Assembly: GCA_903927965.1 (NCBI GenBank)
Contig: CAIYPA010000299.1
Span: 2,975-66,974, forward strand
Length of the DNA stretch: 64,000 nucleotides
Reading direction: 5' to 3'
Source of the DNA: an uncultured Bacteroidia bacterium
Lineage (GTDB): Bacteria > Bacteroidota > Bacteroidia > Bacteroidales > Prolixibacteraceae
Below the pieces are notes generated by a model. That model was not told the origin of the DNA, ran no database searches, and worked only from the letters and a program-made list of their open reading frames with translations. Of the stretch, positions 36,379 through 44,834 are shown piece after piece (the first letter of the stretch is position 1; each line of letters starts with the position of its first letter). The position numbers were made by a program, and so were the translations under genes.

Positions 36379-37131
36379 TCAGGTATCATTTACAATTTCA
36401 GATTGCCAGTATTCCTTTGTGTCTAAATCCATTAGTGTAAGTTTGCCGGAAATGTGGACTCCTGTGTCGAGCATCCAGAGATTTGCAAAGTGTTTGGGTG
36501 CCGAATCGCCAATAAAAAGAGTAGGTGTGTGTCCGATGAAAATTTCCCGAAATTCTTCAAAAACCCGATCTATTTGGTGATACTCCAGAGCAGTCAACAC
36601 CAATGACCTGTCCCATAATAAGATGTCTTTATCTTCCTGCTGACGATAAAATGGAATCCTCGGGTTGTAACCACCATGGACAAACAATCGTGATTCCGGA
36701 TCAATAAAAAACAACTTTGCATTTTCAAAAAAACGGATATGCTTTTCCCATAAGTGGGGAGCCTTTTGATATTCTTCAAGGGTATGTTTTCCCCCTTGAG
36801 ATTTCCATTCTTTGGGAATCCGATTAGATTTTAAATATTGATAGCACCATTCATCGTGATTACCAAGGATATGGATGAAATTCTTAACTTCCATCAACTT
36901 TTCGATGACCTCAATTGGTTTTGGACCGCGGTCAACCAAATCACCTAGGCTAATCAGAAGGTCTTTTTCAAATATAAAACCAACACGCTTAAAGAGATCC
37001 ATCATCTCGTCAAAATGGCTGTGAATATCGCCTATTACAAATTTCCGTGGTTCAGACATTTCATGGGAATGTTGCAACGGTTCGGGGCCGTTGTACAAGG
37101 GCAGATCATGTAATGAATCGAATTGGTTCAT
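36379..37131 (-). CDS. PPP-family (calcineurin-like metallophosphoesterase) Ser/Thr phosphatase
   Basis: 250 aa. GDIHSH (GDxHG-type), GDLVDRGP (GDxVDRG) and GNHDEW (GNHE/D) motifs in canonical order. Confidence 0.85.
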   Translation of the reverse strand: MNQFDSLHDLPLYNGPEPLQHSHEMSEPRKFVIGDIHSHFDEMMDLFKRVGFIFEKDLLISLGDLVDRGPKPIEVIEKLMEVKNFIHILGNHDEWCYQYLKSNRIPKEWKSQGGKHTLEEYQKAPHLWEKHIRFFENAKLFFIDPESRLFVHGGYNPRIPFYRQQEDKDILLWDRSLVLTALEYHQIDRVFEEFREIFIGHTPTLFIGDSAPKHFANLWMLDTGVHISGKLTLMDLDTKEYWQSEIVNDT

Positions 37132-37341
37132 GCCTGGTACCAGTTATTTTTAAGCGGTTAAATGTAAAAAGTTTACAACAATAAAACAATAAGGTAAAGA
37201 TATTTTAGTCCTTTTTAGAAGGCAAAATAATCATTTGAAAACCTACCTAAATTTCGTAAAACTAACCTAATTGTTCTCCTATTTATCGATGTTCAATAAC
37301 TGGTAAGGATTTTCTTAATTTTGTACTTTAAATACATTAAG

Positions 37342-38289
37342 ATGACAAATACAGAATTTGAATGTAGGATATGCCATAACAGTACTGGCAACAAACCATT
37401 TACAGCCAGGGAACGGATGCTGGGGCTCAATGACGAATTTGAATATTTTGAGTGTTCAAATTGCATGTGCCTACAAATCAAAGAAATACCTACCGATATG
37501 GATCGTTATTATCCTACGGGATATTATTCGTACCAACAACCTGTATTTACCACAGAACTGACGGGGATAAGGCATTTCCTAAAAAAAAGCCTTGCAGGTT
37601 ATTACACTGGGAAATTTAACCTCACAGGTTCTATCTTGTCAAAAATTTATGGCAACCCGTTTACCTGGCTAAAACCCAATATTGTAAATTTTAAGTCCAA
37701 AATTCTGGATGTGGGTTGCGGTAAAGGAAGGTTGTTGTTGTCGATGAAAAGGAGCGGCTACCAGAATCTGACCGGTATCGATCCCTACAACAGTGAAGAT
37801 ATCCGATACGAAAATGGCGTAAATGTCTATAAGAAAGATGTCTTTGAAATGGAGGGTCAATATGACCTTGTGATGCTGCACCATTCGTTTGAACATATGG
37901 ATTCCCCTAAAACTGTTTTGGATAGATTAGGACAACTAATTAATTACCAGGGTTTTATAATTATTAGAATTCCCGTTGCCAATTGCTATGCATGGCGGAA
38001 ATACCAAACCCATTGGCTCCAGTTGGATGCACCGCGCCACTTCTTTTTGCACTCGATCAAAAGCATGACCCTCCTTGCCAAGGAATGTGGCCTCAACCTT
38101 CAACGTTTTGAATTTGAGTCAAGTGCGTTTCAATTTACGGGAAGCGAAAAATACTTGAGGGACTTGGGATTTACGCAGGATAATTCCATATTCACGCAGG
38201 AACAGTTAGAAAGCTTCGCAAAGGAAGCACAAAGACTGAACCAACTGAATGACGGCGATTCGGCCTGTTTCTATTTAAGAAAAGCTTGA
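37342..38289 (+). CDS. Class I SAM-dependent methyltransferase with N-terminal CxxC...CxxC zinc ribbon
   Basis: FECRICHN...FECSNC ribbon, SAM motif ILDVGCGKGRLL, and DLVMLHHSFEHM. I preferred the ATG at 37342 to the TTG at 37321. It is divergent from the phosphatase gene. Confidence 0.8.
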   Translation: MTNTEFECRICHNSTGNKPFTARERMLGLNDEFEYFECSNCMCLQIKEIPTDMDRYYPTGYYSYQQPVFTTELTGIRHFLKKSLAGYYTGKFNLTGSILSKIYGNPFTWLKPNIVNFKSKILDVGCGKGRLLLSMKRSGYQNLTGIDPYNSEDIRYENGVNVYKKDVFEMEGQYDLVMLHHSFEHMDSPKTVLDRLGQLINYQGFIIIRIPVANCYAWRKYQTHWLQLDAPRHFFLHSIKSMTLLAKECGLNLQRFEFESSAFQFTGSEKYLRDLGFTQDNSIFTQEQLESFAKEAQRLNQLNDGDSACFYLRKA

Positions 38290-38398
38290 TGGAATTTATT
38301 CGCTTTATTTTATGTATTTTCGTCATAAATTGCTTTGATAAATAATTTTGTCCGTAATATGACATTAGTTTTTCAGCAAATCATTTAATATTTTTGTA

Positions 38399-38584
38399 AT
38401 GAAAGGCGAGTACTTAAAAAGGAAATACAAGGAAATTGAGCGGGAGGAAAAAGACACCTTGGAAATTCCTGATTGGCAAAAAGAAATAGTTCTGCAAAGA
38501 CTTAAAGAGTACCATAGTAACCCTGAAAATGTTTTGGATTGGGTCGATGTTCAAAAAGAAATCGAAACAAAATATGGTTTTTAA
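38399..38584 (+). CDS. Putative addiction-module antitoxin component (paralogue of 25525..25755)
   Basis: 61 aa. IPDWQKEIVLQRLKEYHSNPENVLDW parallels IPYWHKETVRKRLAEYENNPNDVLDF. Confidence 0.7.
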   Translation: MKGEYLKRKYKEIEREEKDTLEIPDWQKEIVLQRLKEYHSNPENVLDWVDVQKEIETKYGF

Positions 38585-38723
38585 GATTGTAATAACACAT
38601 AAGGCTCAGATTGATATTAACGAGGGAATTGAATGGTATGACGAACAAGTTCCTGAACTTGGAAAACGCTTTTTTCAGACCATTCAAGCCAATTTTAAAA
38701 CGCTTTGTATAGACCCATTTTAG
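38574..38723 (+). pseudogene. Truncated RelE/ParE-family toxin (N-terminal ~49 codons only)
   Basis: MVFKIVITHKAQIDINEGIEWYDEQVPELGKRFFQTI... is collinear with the first half of the 98-aa toxin at 25755. It stops at 38721-38723, and the neighbouring flippase gene ends 39 bp later. Confidence 0.65.
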
Positions 38724-38761
38724 GTGGAAAAATCACGTGAGTCCTTTTACATTTATTGCAC

Positions 38762-40252
38762 CTATTTTTTCTGTTTCATCCCCAAAACCATCAACACGTC
38801 ATCCGCCTTCTGATTGATATCAGGTGATATTTTCAACAGGTAAACCGGGAGGCAAAACAAAACAGTCAGGATGGTGCTTCTGACAAAGATATCAAGGATA
38901 AAATTTGGCAATACAGGTAAAAGCATTGTGATCAGATAAGCACCTATACCAATGGCTGCCACAATGACGAAATTTAAGTTAAACGGCTGTAAACCATACT
39001 TATAATATAAAAATGAAAACCTCAACAGGTTAAGTATCGTCAGCGAAACGGCCCCTCCAAGGGCGGCTCCTGTTATCCCCAAGACCGGAATCAGCAAAAG
39101 GTTGGTAATCACCAGTAAAACAACAAGCACCAACAAAAAAACAGTCTGGACTTTATAATACTTTGACGAACCCAAAATTGAACTGTTGGCCCCTGTGCTC
39201 ATATCGATCAGGCTTCCCAATCCGATAAAAAAGATCACCCATTTTCCTGGAAGGTATTCGGGCCTCAGGATATGAAAAACATTGTCAATATTGGCCCATA
39301 GCCCTAAGAACATGATCAGTCCAATAATAAAGAGGGTAATGCAACTTTTCTCATAAATAGTCCTGATGTTATTCAAATCGTTGTTCTTCCAGGCATCAGC
39401 CGAAACAATGTTGGTGATTTTCAGGATTGCCCTCGAAGGAATGCTGACAATGATCCCGAAAAAGAAACAGACTGTATAAATCCCAGTAGCACTCAAACCC
39501 ATCATCTTATTGATCATCAGAGTATCCACTGTTTGGATGATCAGGACAGAAAACCCATTCAGGATACTGAACAAGGCCATTAATCCTACAGAATGGAGCA
39601 AAGGTTTTTTCAAAAAGGCAAAATCTGTTTTTAACGGGAATTGCTTCTCAGATATCAAAGTATATACAATAAAGAGGGTGGGAACCGACATCGAAGCGAT
39701 GTAGAAAAAGACGAACTGGTGAAAATCAATCAATTCATAATAAAAAAAACCTATTCCTATGATAATCAATATTCTTTGAAATACTTCACGAAGGAAAGTA
39801 CCATGTACGCTATTGAGGAGTGCGGTATAATATCCATCCAAAAGGATAAAAAAGATCTGGAAAAAAATCAGGACAAGGAGGTAATTCAAGTAATCGACCA
39901 GCAAGGCAGATTTCTCCAAACTAAATTCGATAAACCAATTCCTGAAGATCAAAAAAAGCAGCAGGGTGATCAGCGAACCGGCAAGGCCAGCCAACAACGT
40001 CATAGAAAGAAAACCATGATGGCCACTTTTAGGATCTTTAAAAAATGGGAACAGCCTGATTGCGACGCCGCTAAACCCCAAAGTTCCAAACTGTGCCACA
40101 AGTGTTGCATAAGCGACAATGATCTTGAGCAAACCAACCTGCTCGGTCGAGAAAATAAGCTGCAGTAAAATTCCCGTGGTCAAAAAACCAAGCACAACAC
40201 CGACATAAGTGCAAATTGTTCCCTTAACAGACTGATTGATAATAATTCCCAA
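38762..40252 (-). CDS. Oligosaccharide/polysaccharide flippase (MOP/Wzx-like) family membrane protein
   Basis: 496 aa with about 14 hydrophobic helices. Length and topology are typical of Wzx-type flippases. Confidence 0.65.
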   Translation of the reverse strand: MGIIINQSVKGTICTYVGVVLGFLTTGILLQLIFSTEQVGLLKIIVAYATLVAQFGTLGFSGVAIRLFPFFKDPKSGHHGFLSMTLLAGLAGSLITLLLFLIFRNWFIEFSLEKSALLVDYLNYLLVLIFFQIFFILLDGYYTALLNSVHGTFLREVFQRILIIIGIGFFYYELIDFHQFVFFYIASMSVPTLFIVYTLISEKQFPLKTDFAFLKKPLLHSVGLMALFSILNGFSVLIIQTVDTLMINKMMGLSATGIYTVCFFFGIIVSIPSRAILKITNIVSADAWKNNDLNNIRTIYEKSCITLFIIGLIMFLGLWANIDNVFHILRPEYLPGKWVIFFIGLGSLIDMSTGANSSILGSSKYYKVQTVFLLVLVVLLVITNLLLIPVLGITGAALGGAVSLTILNLLRFSFLYYKYGLQPFNLNFVIVAAIGIGAYLITMLLPVLPNFILDIFVRSTILTVLFCLPVYLLKISPDINQKADDVLMVLGMKQKK

Positions 40253-40404
40253 TGGAGAATGAAATTAATGAAATAATAGAAACAAAGTTGTTAAACGGCA
40301 AAAGTAACTAAATCAATGCGAATTATTGAATGTTAACGGAAAAGGGGTAATCCCAACTTTCAAAAAAATAGTATTTTTGCGATCAATCTTCAAAAGCAAA
40401 TATC

Positions 40405-42870
40405 ATGACGAAGTTTTCGTGGAAAGACAGTTTACCGCACCTGATCGCTTTGGTTCTTTTTCTTGTTCTGCCAATCATCTATTTCTCACCAATATTAGAG
40501 AATAAACAGCTCAATCAGCACGATTCGATGACCTACATCGGTATGTCGAAAGAGGTCGTCGATTACAACAAGAAGAGCGATGACCTGGCTTTGTGGACCA
40601 ACTCGATGTTTGGTGGGATGCCCTCGTATCTGATCGGATTGCCAACCAACACAGCAATCACCTCGATCTATACAGTTACAAACCTTTTTAACCTGCGGCC
40701 GGCCAATTTCGTATTTCTTTATTTTATAGGCTTTTACATAACACTTCTTCTTTTTGGCGTCAATCCATGGCTTGCAATAGTGGGAGCTTTCGCATTTGGT
40801 TTCAGTTCCTATAATTTTATGATCATCGCTGCTGGCCATGCTTCCAAGGCAATTGCTATTGGATATATGGCACCTATCATTGCAGGATTTTACTTCGCTT
40901 TGAAAAAGGATCTCTGGATAGGAAGCGCGGTGTTCGCCCTCTTTCTTGCACTTGATATTTATGCCAACCATCCTCAGATTACTTATTACACTTTTCTGAT
41001 TATCCTGATTCTTGGAATTGTCGAGCTGGTTTCCTCAATAAAGAACAAACGGGTTCCGGAACTGGTCAAGAAAACATTAATCATTGCAGGTTTTGCCGTT
41101 CTGGCGGTTGCCTCAAATACAGGACGGCTTTGGACAACTTTAGAATATGGGAAGTACTCCCTCCGTGGAAAATCGGACCTTACAAACGACCTGTCAAATA
41201 AGACCTCCGGCCTTGACCGCGATTATGCGACACACTGGAGTTATGGAATTGGCGAGACCATGACATTGCTGATCCCAAATTTTAACGGAGGATCTTCTTC
41301 TGTTGGTTTTAGTGAAGATTCCGAAACCGGAAAAGCTTTAAAAAGCAACAATGTCCCCAACGCAAATACATTGGTCAAACAACTTCCAGGTTATTGGGGC
41401 GACCAGCCAGGCACGTCAGGTCCGGTTTATTTCGGATCAATCGTATGTTTCCTTTTTGTTCTTGGACTTTTTCTTTTGAAGGGACCTCTCAGGACCTGGG
41501 TGGTAGTCGCCTCCATCCTTTCGATTGCCCTTGCCTGGGGCCACAATTTTATGCCGTTGACCAACTTCTTTCTCGATTTCTTCCCAGGATACAACAAGTT
41601 CCGTACAGTTACAATGATCCTTGTGATCGCCGGTTTTACCTTTCCGCTTTATGCAATGCTCACATTACAAAAACTCGTAAATGGCGAATTCGATAACAAG
41701 GCATGGCTCAAACCATTGGCATGGAGTGTTGGGATTACAGCTGGCCTGGCACTGATTTTTGCAGTGTTACCAGGGCTAGCCGGTTCATTTATCTCCTCTA
41801 CCGACAGTCAATTACCTGAATGGCTGCACAAAAGTCTGGTCGCTGACCGGAAATCGTTGCTGCAAGCTGACGCCATCCGTGCCGTAATCTTCATCCTGCT
41901 CGCTGCAGGGGTGGTATATGCCATGAACTTAAAGAAACTCCCAGTCAAAAATGCAATCCTTATTTTGGGCGTCCTAGTCGTTGCCGATATGTGGAGTGTT
42001 GACAAACGTTATTTGAACGATGGAAATTTCGTGTCCGACCGTGAAGCAAAGAATCCCATCAAGGCAACAGTAGCCGATCTTGATATCCTGAAAGATAAAT
42101 CGCCGGATTACAGGGTTTTAAATATGGGTGTCAGTACTTTTGCCGATGTGAGCACCTCCTACTTTCACAAATCGATAGGTGGCTATCACGGGGCCAAAAT
42201 GCGCCGTTTTCAGGAATTGGTTGATTTTCAAATAGTCAACGAAATGGGTATTGTTGGTGACCGTCTTGGGAAAATTAAGACAGAAGCCGGAATCGACTCT
42301 GTATTTATCGGACTCAATGCTTTAAACATGCTAAACACCAAATACCTGATTTACAATCCACAAGCTCCACCACTTTTAAACAACCACGCACTAGGGAATG
42401 TTTGGCTGGTCGATAAATACAAATTGGTGGACAATGCCGATCAGGAAATTGCAGCTGTAAATAATATTGATCCTACCAAAGAAGTGGTAATCGATAAGAA
42501 GTTCCAGGATATAGTTGGCGGAACTACATTTGCTGCTGACCCTGGGGCCAAAATTTCATTGACCAACTATTCGCCTAATAAGATGACTTATCACTATCAG
42601 GGAAATGGAAACCAGTTAGCTGTTTTTTCCGAGATCTATTACCCAAAAGGCTGGAATGCATATATTGATGGCAAGGTCGTATCCCATTTCCAGGTGAACT
42701 ATTTGCTTCGGAGTATGGTGCTTCCAAAAGGCAATTATGATGTTGTGTTCAAATTTGAGCCTACCTCCTATTTAATCGGACAAAAAATTTCGGTGTGGAG
42801 TTCCGTACTTTTATTGTTGCTCATTATCGGGTCAATTTACAGGAAATTTTTCTACAAGGCAAAAATTTAA
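40405..42870 (+). CDS. YfhO-family large polytopic membrane protein (putative glycosyl-transfer function)
   Basis: 821 aa. A multi-TM N-terminal half is followed by a large soluble domain and a final C-terminal TM helix, the usual YfhO architecture. Confidence 0.6.
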   Translation: MTKFSWKDSLPHLIALVLFLVLPIIYFSPILENKQLNQHDSMTYIGMSKEVVDYNKKSDDLALWTNSMFGGMPSYLIGLPTNTAITSIYTVTNLFNLRPANFVFLYFIGFYITLLLFGVNPWLAIVGAFAFGFSSYNFMIIAAGHASKAIAIGYMAPIIAGFYFALKKDLWIGSAVFALFLALDIYANHPQITYYTFLIILILGIVELVSSIKNKRVPELVKKTLIIAGFAVLAVASNTGRLWTTLEYGKYSLRGKSDLTNDLSNKTSGLDRDYATHWSYGIGETMTLLIPNFNGGSSSVGFSEDSETGKALKSNNVPNANTLVKQLPGYWGDQPGTSGPVYFGSIVCFLFVLGLFLLKGPLRTWVVVASILSIALAWGHNFMPLTNFFLDFFPGYNKFRTVTMILVIAGFTFPLYAMLTLQKLVNGEFDNKAWLKPLAWSVGITAGLALIFAVLPGLAGSFISSTDSQLPEWLHKSLVADRKSLLQADAIRAVIFILLAAGVVYAMNLKKLPVKNAILILGVLVVADMWSVDKRYLNDGNFVSDREAKNPIKATVADLDILKDKSPDYRVLNMGVSTFADVSTSYFHKSIGGYHGAKMRRFQELVDFQIVNEMGIVGDRLGKIKTEAGIDSVFIGLNALNMLNTKYLIYNPQAPPLLNNHALGNVWLVDKYKLVDNADQEIAAVNNIDPTKEVVIDKKFQDIVGGTTFAADPGAKISLTNYSPNKMTYHYQGNGNQLAVFSEIYYPKGWNAYIDGKVVSHFQVNYLLRSMVLPKGNYDVVFKFEPTSYLIGQKISVWSSVLLLLLIIGSIYRKFFYKAKI

Positions 42871-42900
42871 TGAATCTCTGAGAACAAACTATATTTCAAA

Positions 42901-43779
42901 ATGGCCAGGAACAAACCACAAAAACTGAAAACCAGTTTGTTAAGTTCATATTTTACCACAACCCTTAGCATCTCGATGATTCTTTTCCTATTTGGATTGT
43001 TGGGATTGCTGATAATCAATGCTCAGCGACTTTCCGATTTCGTGAAGGAAAATATTGGGGTTACCTTAATCCTGAAAGACGATGCCAGGGAGGTGGACGT
43101 CATAAAACTGCAGAAAAATCTTGAAGCCACAGATTTTATTAAGTCAACCCGGTTTGTTGATAAATCCAATGCGGCCATTGAATTGAAGAAAGAACTGGGC
43201 GAAGACTTCGTCGATTTCTTAGGATATAACCCACTACTCTCTTCAATAGATGTAACTGTTTATGCTGCCTATGCAAATCCCGACAGCCTTATGATGCTGG
43301 AAAAGAAGCTTCTTACCCACCCCCAAATTCAGGAAGTCTATTATCAACGCGACCTTGTTAAGCAGTTGAATTCAAATGTAAAGAAAATTAGTTTTATCCT
43401 GTTGGCAATCAGCCTGTTGATGTTCGTGATTTTTACAGCCCTGATCAACAATACAATTCGGTTGTCAATCTACTCCAAACGGTTTTTAATCAATACCATG
43501 CAATTGGTTGGGGCAACACGGTCCTTCATACGGACACCTTTTATTGCTAAAAGTGCCCTGCATGGTATCTATGGGGCAATCATCGCCTGTTTCATGCTTT
43601 TGGCGATCTTTTTCTCCTACCAAAGTGAGTTAAAATCGTTCATCGACTTCCAAAATCCGACCTCCCTTGGGTTGCTCGTTGCAGGTATTTTTTTATGCGG
43701 AATTCTTATCACTGTGGTTTCCACTTACTTTGCCGTAAATAAATTTTTACGAATGAAGTTTGATCAGCTGTTTTATTGA
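42901..43779 (+). CDS. ftsX: Cell division protein FtsX-like permease
   Basis: 292 aa. One N-terminal TM, a periplasmic domain, then three C-terminal TM helices with the FtsX-type MQLVGAT motif. Confidence 0.8.
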   Translation: MARNKPQKLKTSLLSSYFTTTLSISMILFLFGLLGLLIINAQRLSDFVKENIGVTLILKDDAREVDVIKLQKNLEATDFIKSTRFVDKSNAAIELKKELGEDFVDFLGYNPLLSSIDVTVYAAYANPDSLMMLEKKLLTHPQIQEVYYQRDLVKQLNSNVKKISFILLAISLLMFVIFTALINNTIRLSIYSKRFLINTMQLVGATRSFIRTPFIAKSALHGIYGAIIACFMLLAIFFSYQSELKSFIDFQNPTSLGLLVAGIFLCGILITVVSTYFAVNKFLRMKFDQLFY

Positions 43780-43814
43780 TATATCTTTGCAGGTTAGAAT
43801 CAATATCTGTTTGA

Positions 43815-44069
43815 ATGGCCATAAATATCGAAAACAAAGAGGACAAGGGATTTGCCCTCGGTAAAGAGAACCTGAAACTTTTATCCATAGGGTTTCTGAT
43901 CATCGTAGTTGGATTTTTATTAATGATTGGGGGAAATAGTAAAGATCCGTTTTTTTTCAACAAGGAAATATTTAATTTTCAGAGAATTACACTTGCACCG
44001 CTTGTGGTTCTGTTTGGGTTTGTATTCGAGATTTACGCAATCATGAAAAAACCAACAGAGAAAAAGTAA
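43815..44069 (+). CDS. DUF3098-like small membrane protein
   Basis: 84 aa with two TM helices. It sits immediately after ftsX, as is common in Bacteroidota. Confidence 0.55.
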   Translation: MAINIENKEDKGFALGKENLKLLSIGFLIIVVGFLLMIGGNSKDPFFFNKEIFNFQRITLAPLVVLFGFVFEIYAIMKKPTEKK

Positions 44070-44082
44070 TTCCTGATAATTA

Positions 44083-44823
44083 ATGACGAATTCAGAAATT
44101 ACACAATTCGATTTTCACAAAGGAGAAATATTGGTTTTCGACAAGCCCCTTAACTGGACTTCTTTTGATCTTGTATCCAAAGTCAGGTACATTATCTGTA
44201 AAAAACTGAAAATAAAAAAGTTGAAAGTTGGCCATGCCGGAACACTCGATCCCAAGGCAACCGGGATTTTGGTCTTGTGCACGGGAAAAGCCACGTCCAA
44301 AATCGAATCACTTCAGACTGGTGAGAAAGAGTACCTGGCAACTTTGAAAATAGGTTCTACTACACCTTCTTACGATCTTGAAAGTGAGGAAGACCATCAA
44401 TTTGAGACCAGCCATATTACTAGTGATTTACTGACCGAGGTATTAAAAAAATTCATCGGAACAATTGAACAAATTCCGCCAGATTTTTCTGCGATAAAAA
44501 TTGATGGTAAAAGGGCCTATGAATATGCGAGAAAAGGAATTGCTGTCGAGATCAAACCAAAAATACTAGAAGTGAAAGAGATCGAAATCTTAAGCTTTCA
44601 ACTTCCCGAAGTGAAACTGAGAATTGTTTGTGGTAAAGGCACTTATATTAGGGCACTTGCACGTGATATTGGCGAGGCGCTTAACAGTGGGGCTTACCTG
44701 ACCGGTCTTCGCAGGACAAGGGTAGGAGAATTCGATTTAAGCCAGGCAATCGATCTGGAGGATTTTTTAGCAACACCGCCGATAATCAAAGATAAGCATT
44801 TGACAACAAATGAGATATATTAA
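44083..44823 (+). CDS. truB: tRNA pseudouridine(55) synthase
   Basis: 246 aa. KVGHAGTLDPKATGILVLC catalytic-Asp motif and CGKGTYIRALARD. Confidence 0.93.
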   Translation: MTNSEITQFDFHKGEILVFDKPLNWTSFDLVSKVRYIICKKLKIKKLKVGHAGTLDPKATGILVLCTGKATSKIESLQTGEKEYLATLKIGSTTPSYDLESEEDHQFETSHITSDLLTEVLKKFIGTIEQIPPDFSAIKIDGKRAYEYARKGIAVEIKPKILEVKEIEILSFQLPEVKLRIVCGKGTYIRALARDIGEALNSGAYLTGLRRTRVGEFDLSQAIDLEDFLATPPIIKDKHLTTNEIY

Positions 44824-44834
44824 CATCAGCATAA

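Noticed and set aside
19993-38761. Prophage, ICE or transposon interpretation of the accessory island.
   Set aside because: I could recognise no integrase, transposase, relaxase, conjugation, capsid or terminase genes. There is no tRNA target and no flanking direct repeats. It is better described as a non-mobile or decayed accessory or defence-type island.
39641-40971. ORFs of 158-175 aa antisense to the flippase (39641..40168) and to the YfhO gene (40495..40971).
   Set aside because: They are shadow ORFs opposite long polytopic membrane-protein genes. The translations are Lys/Gln-rich or Cys/Lys-rich without motifs.
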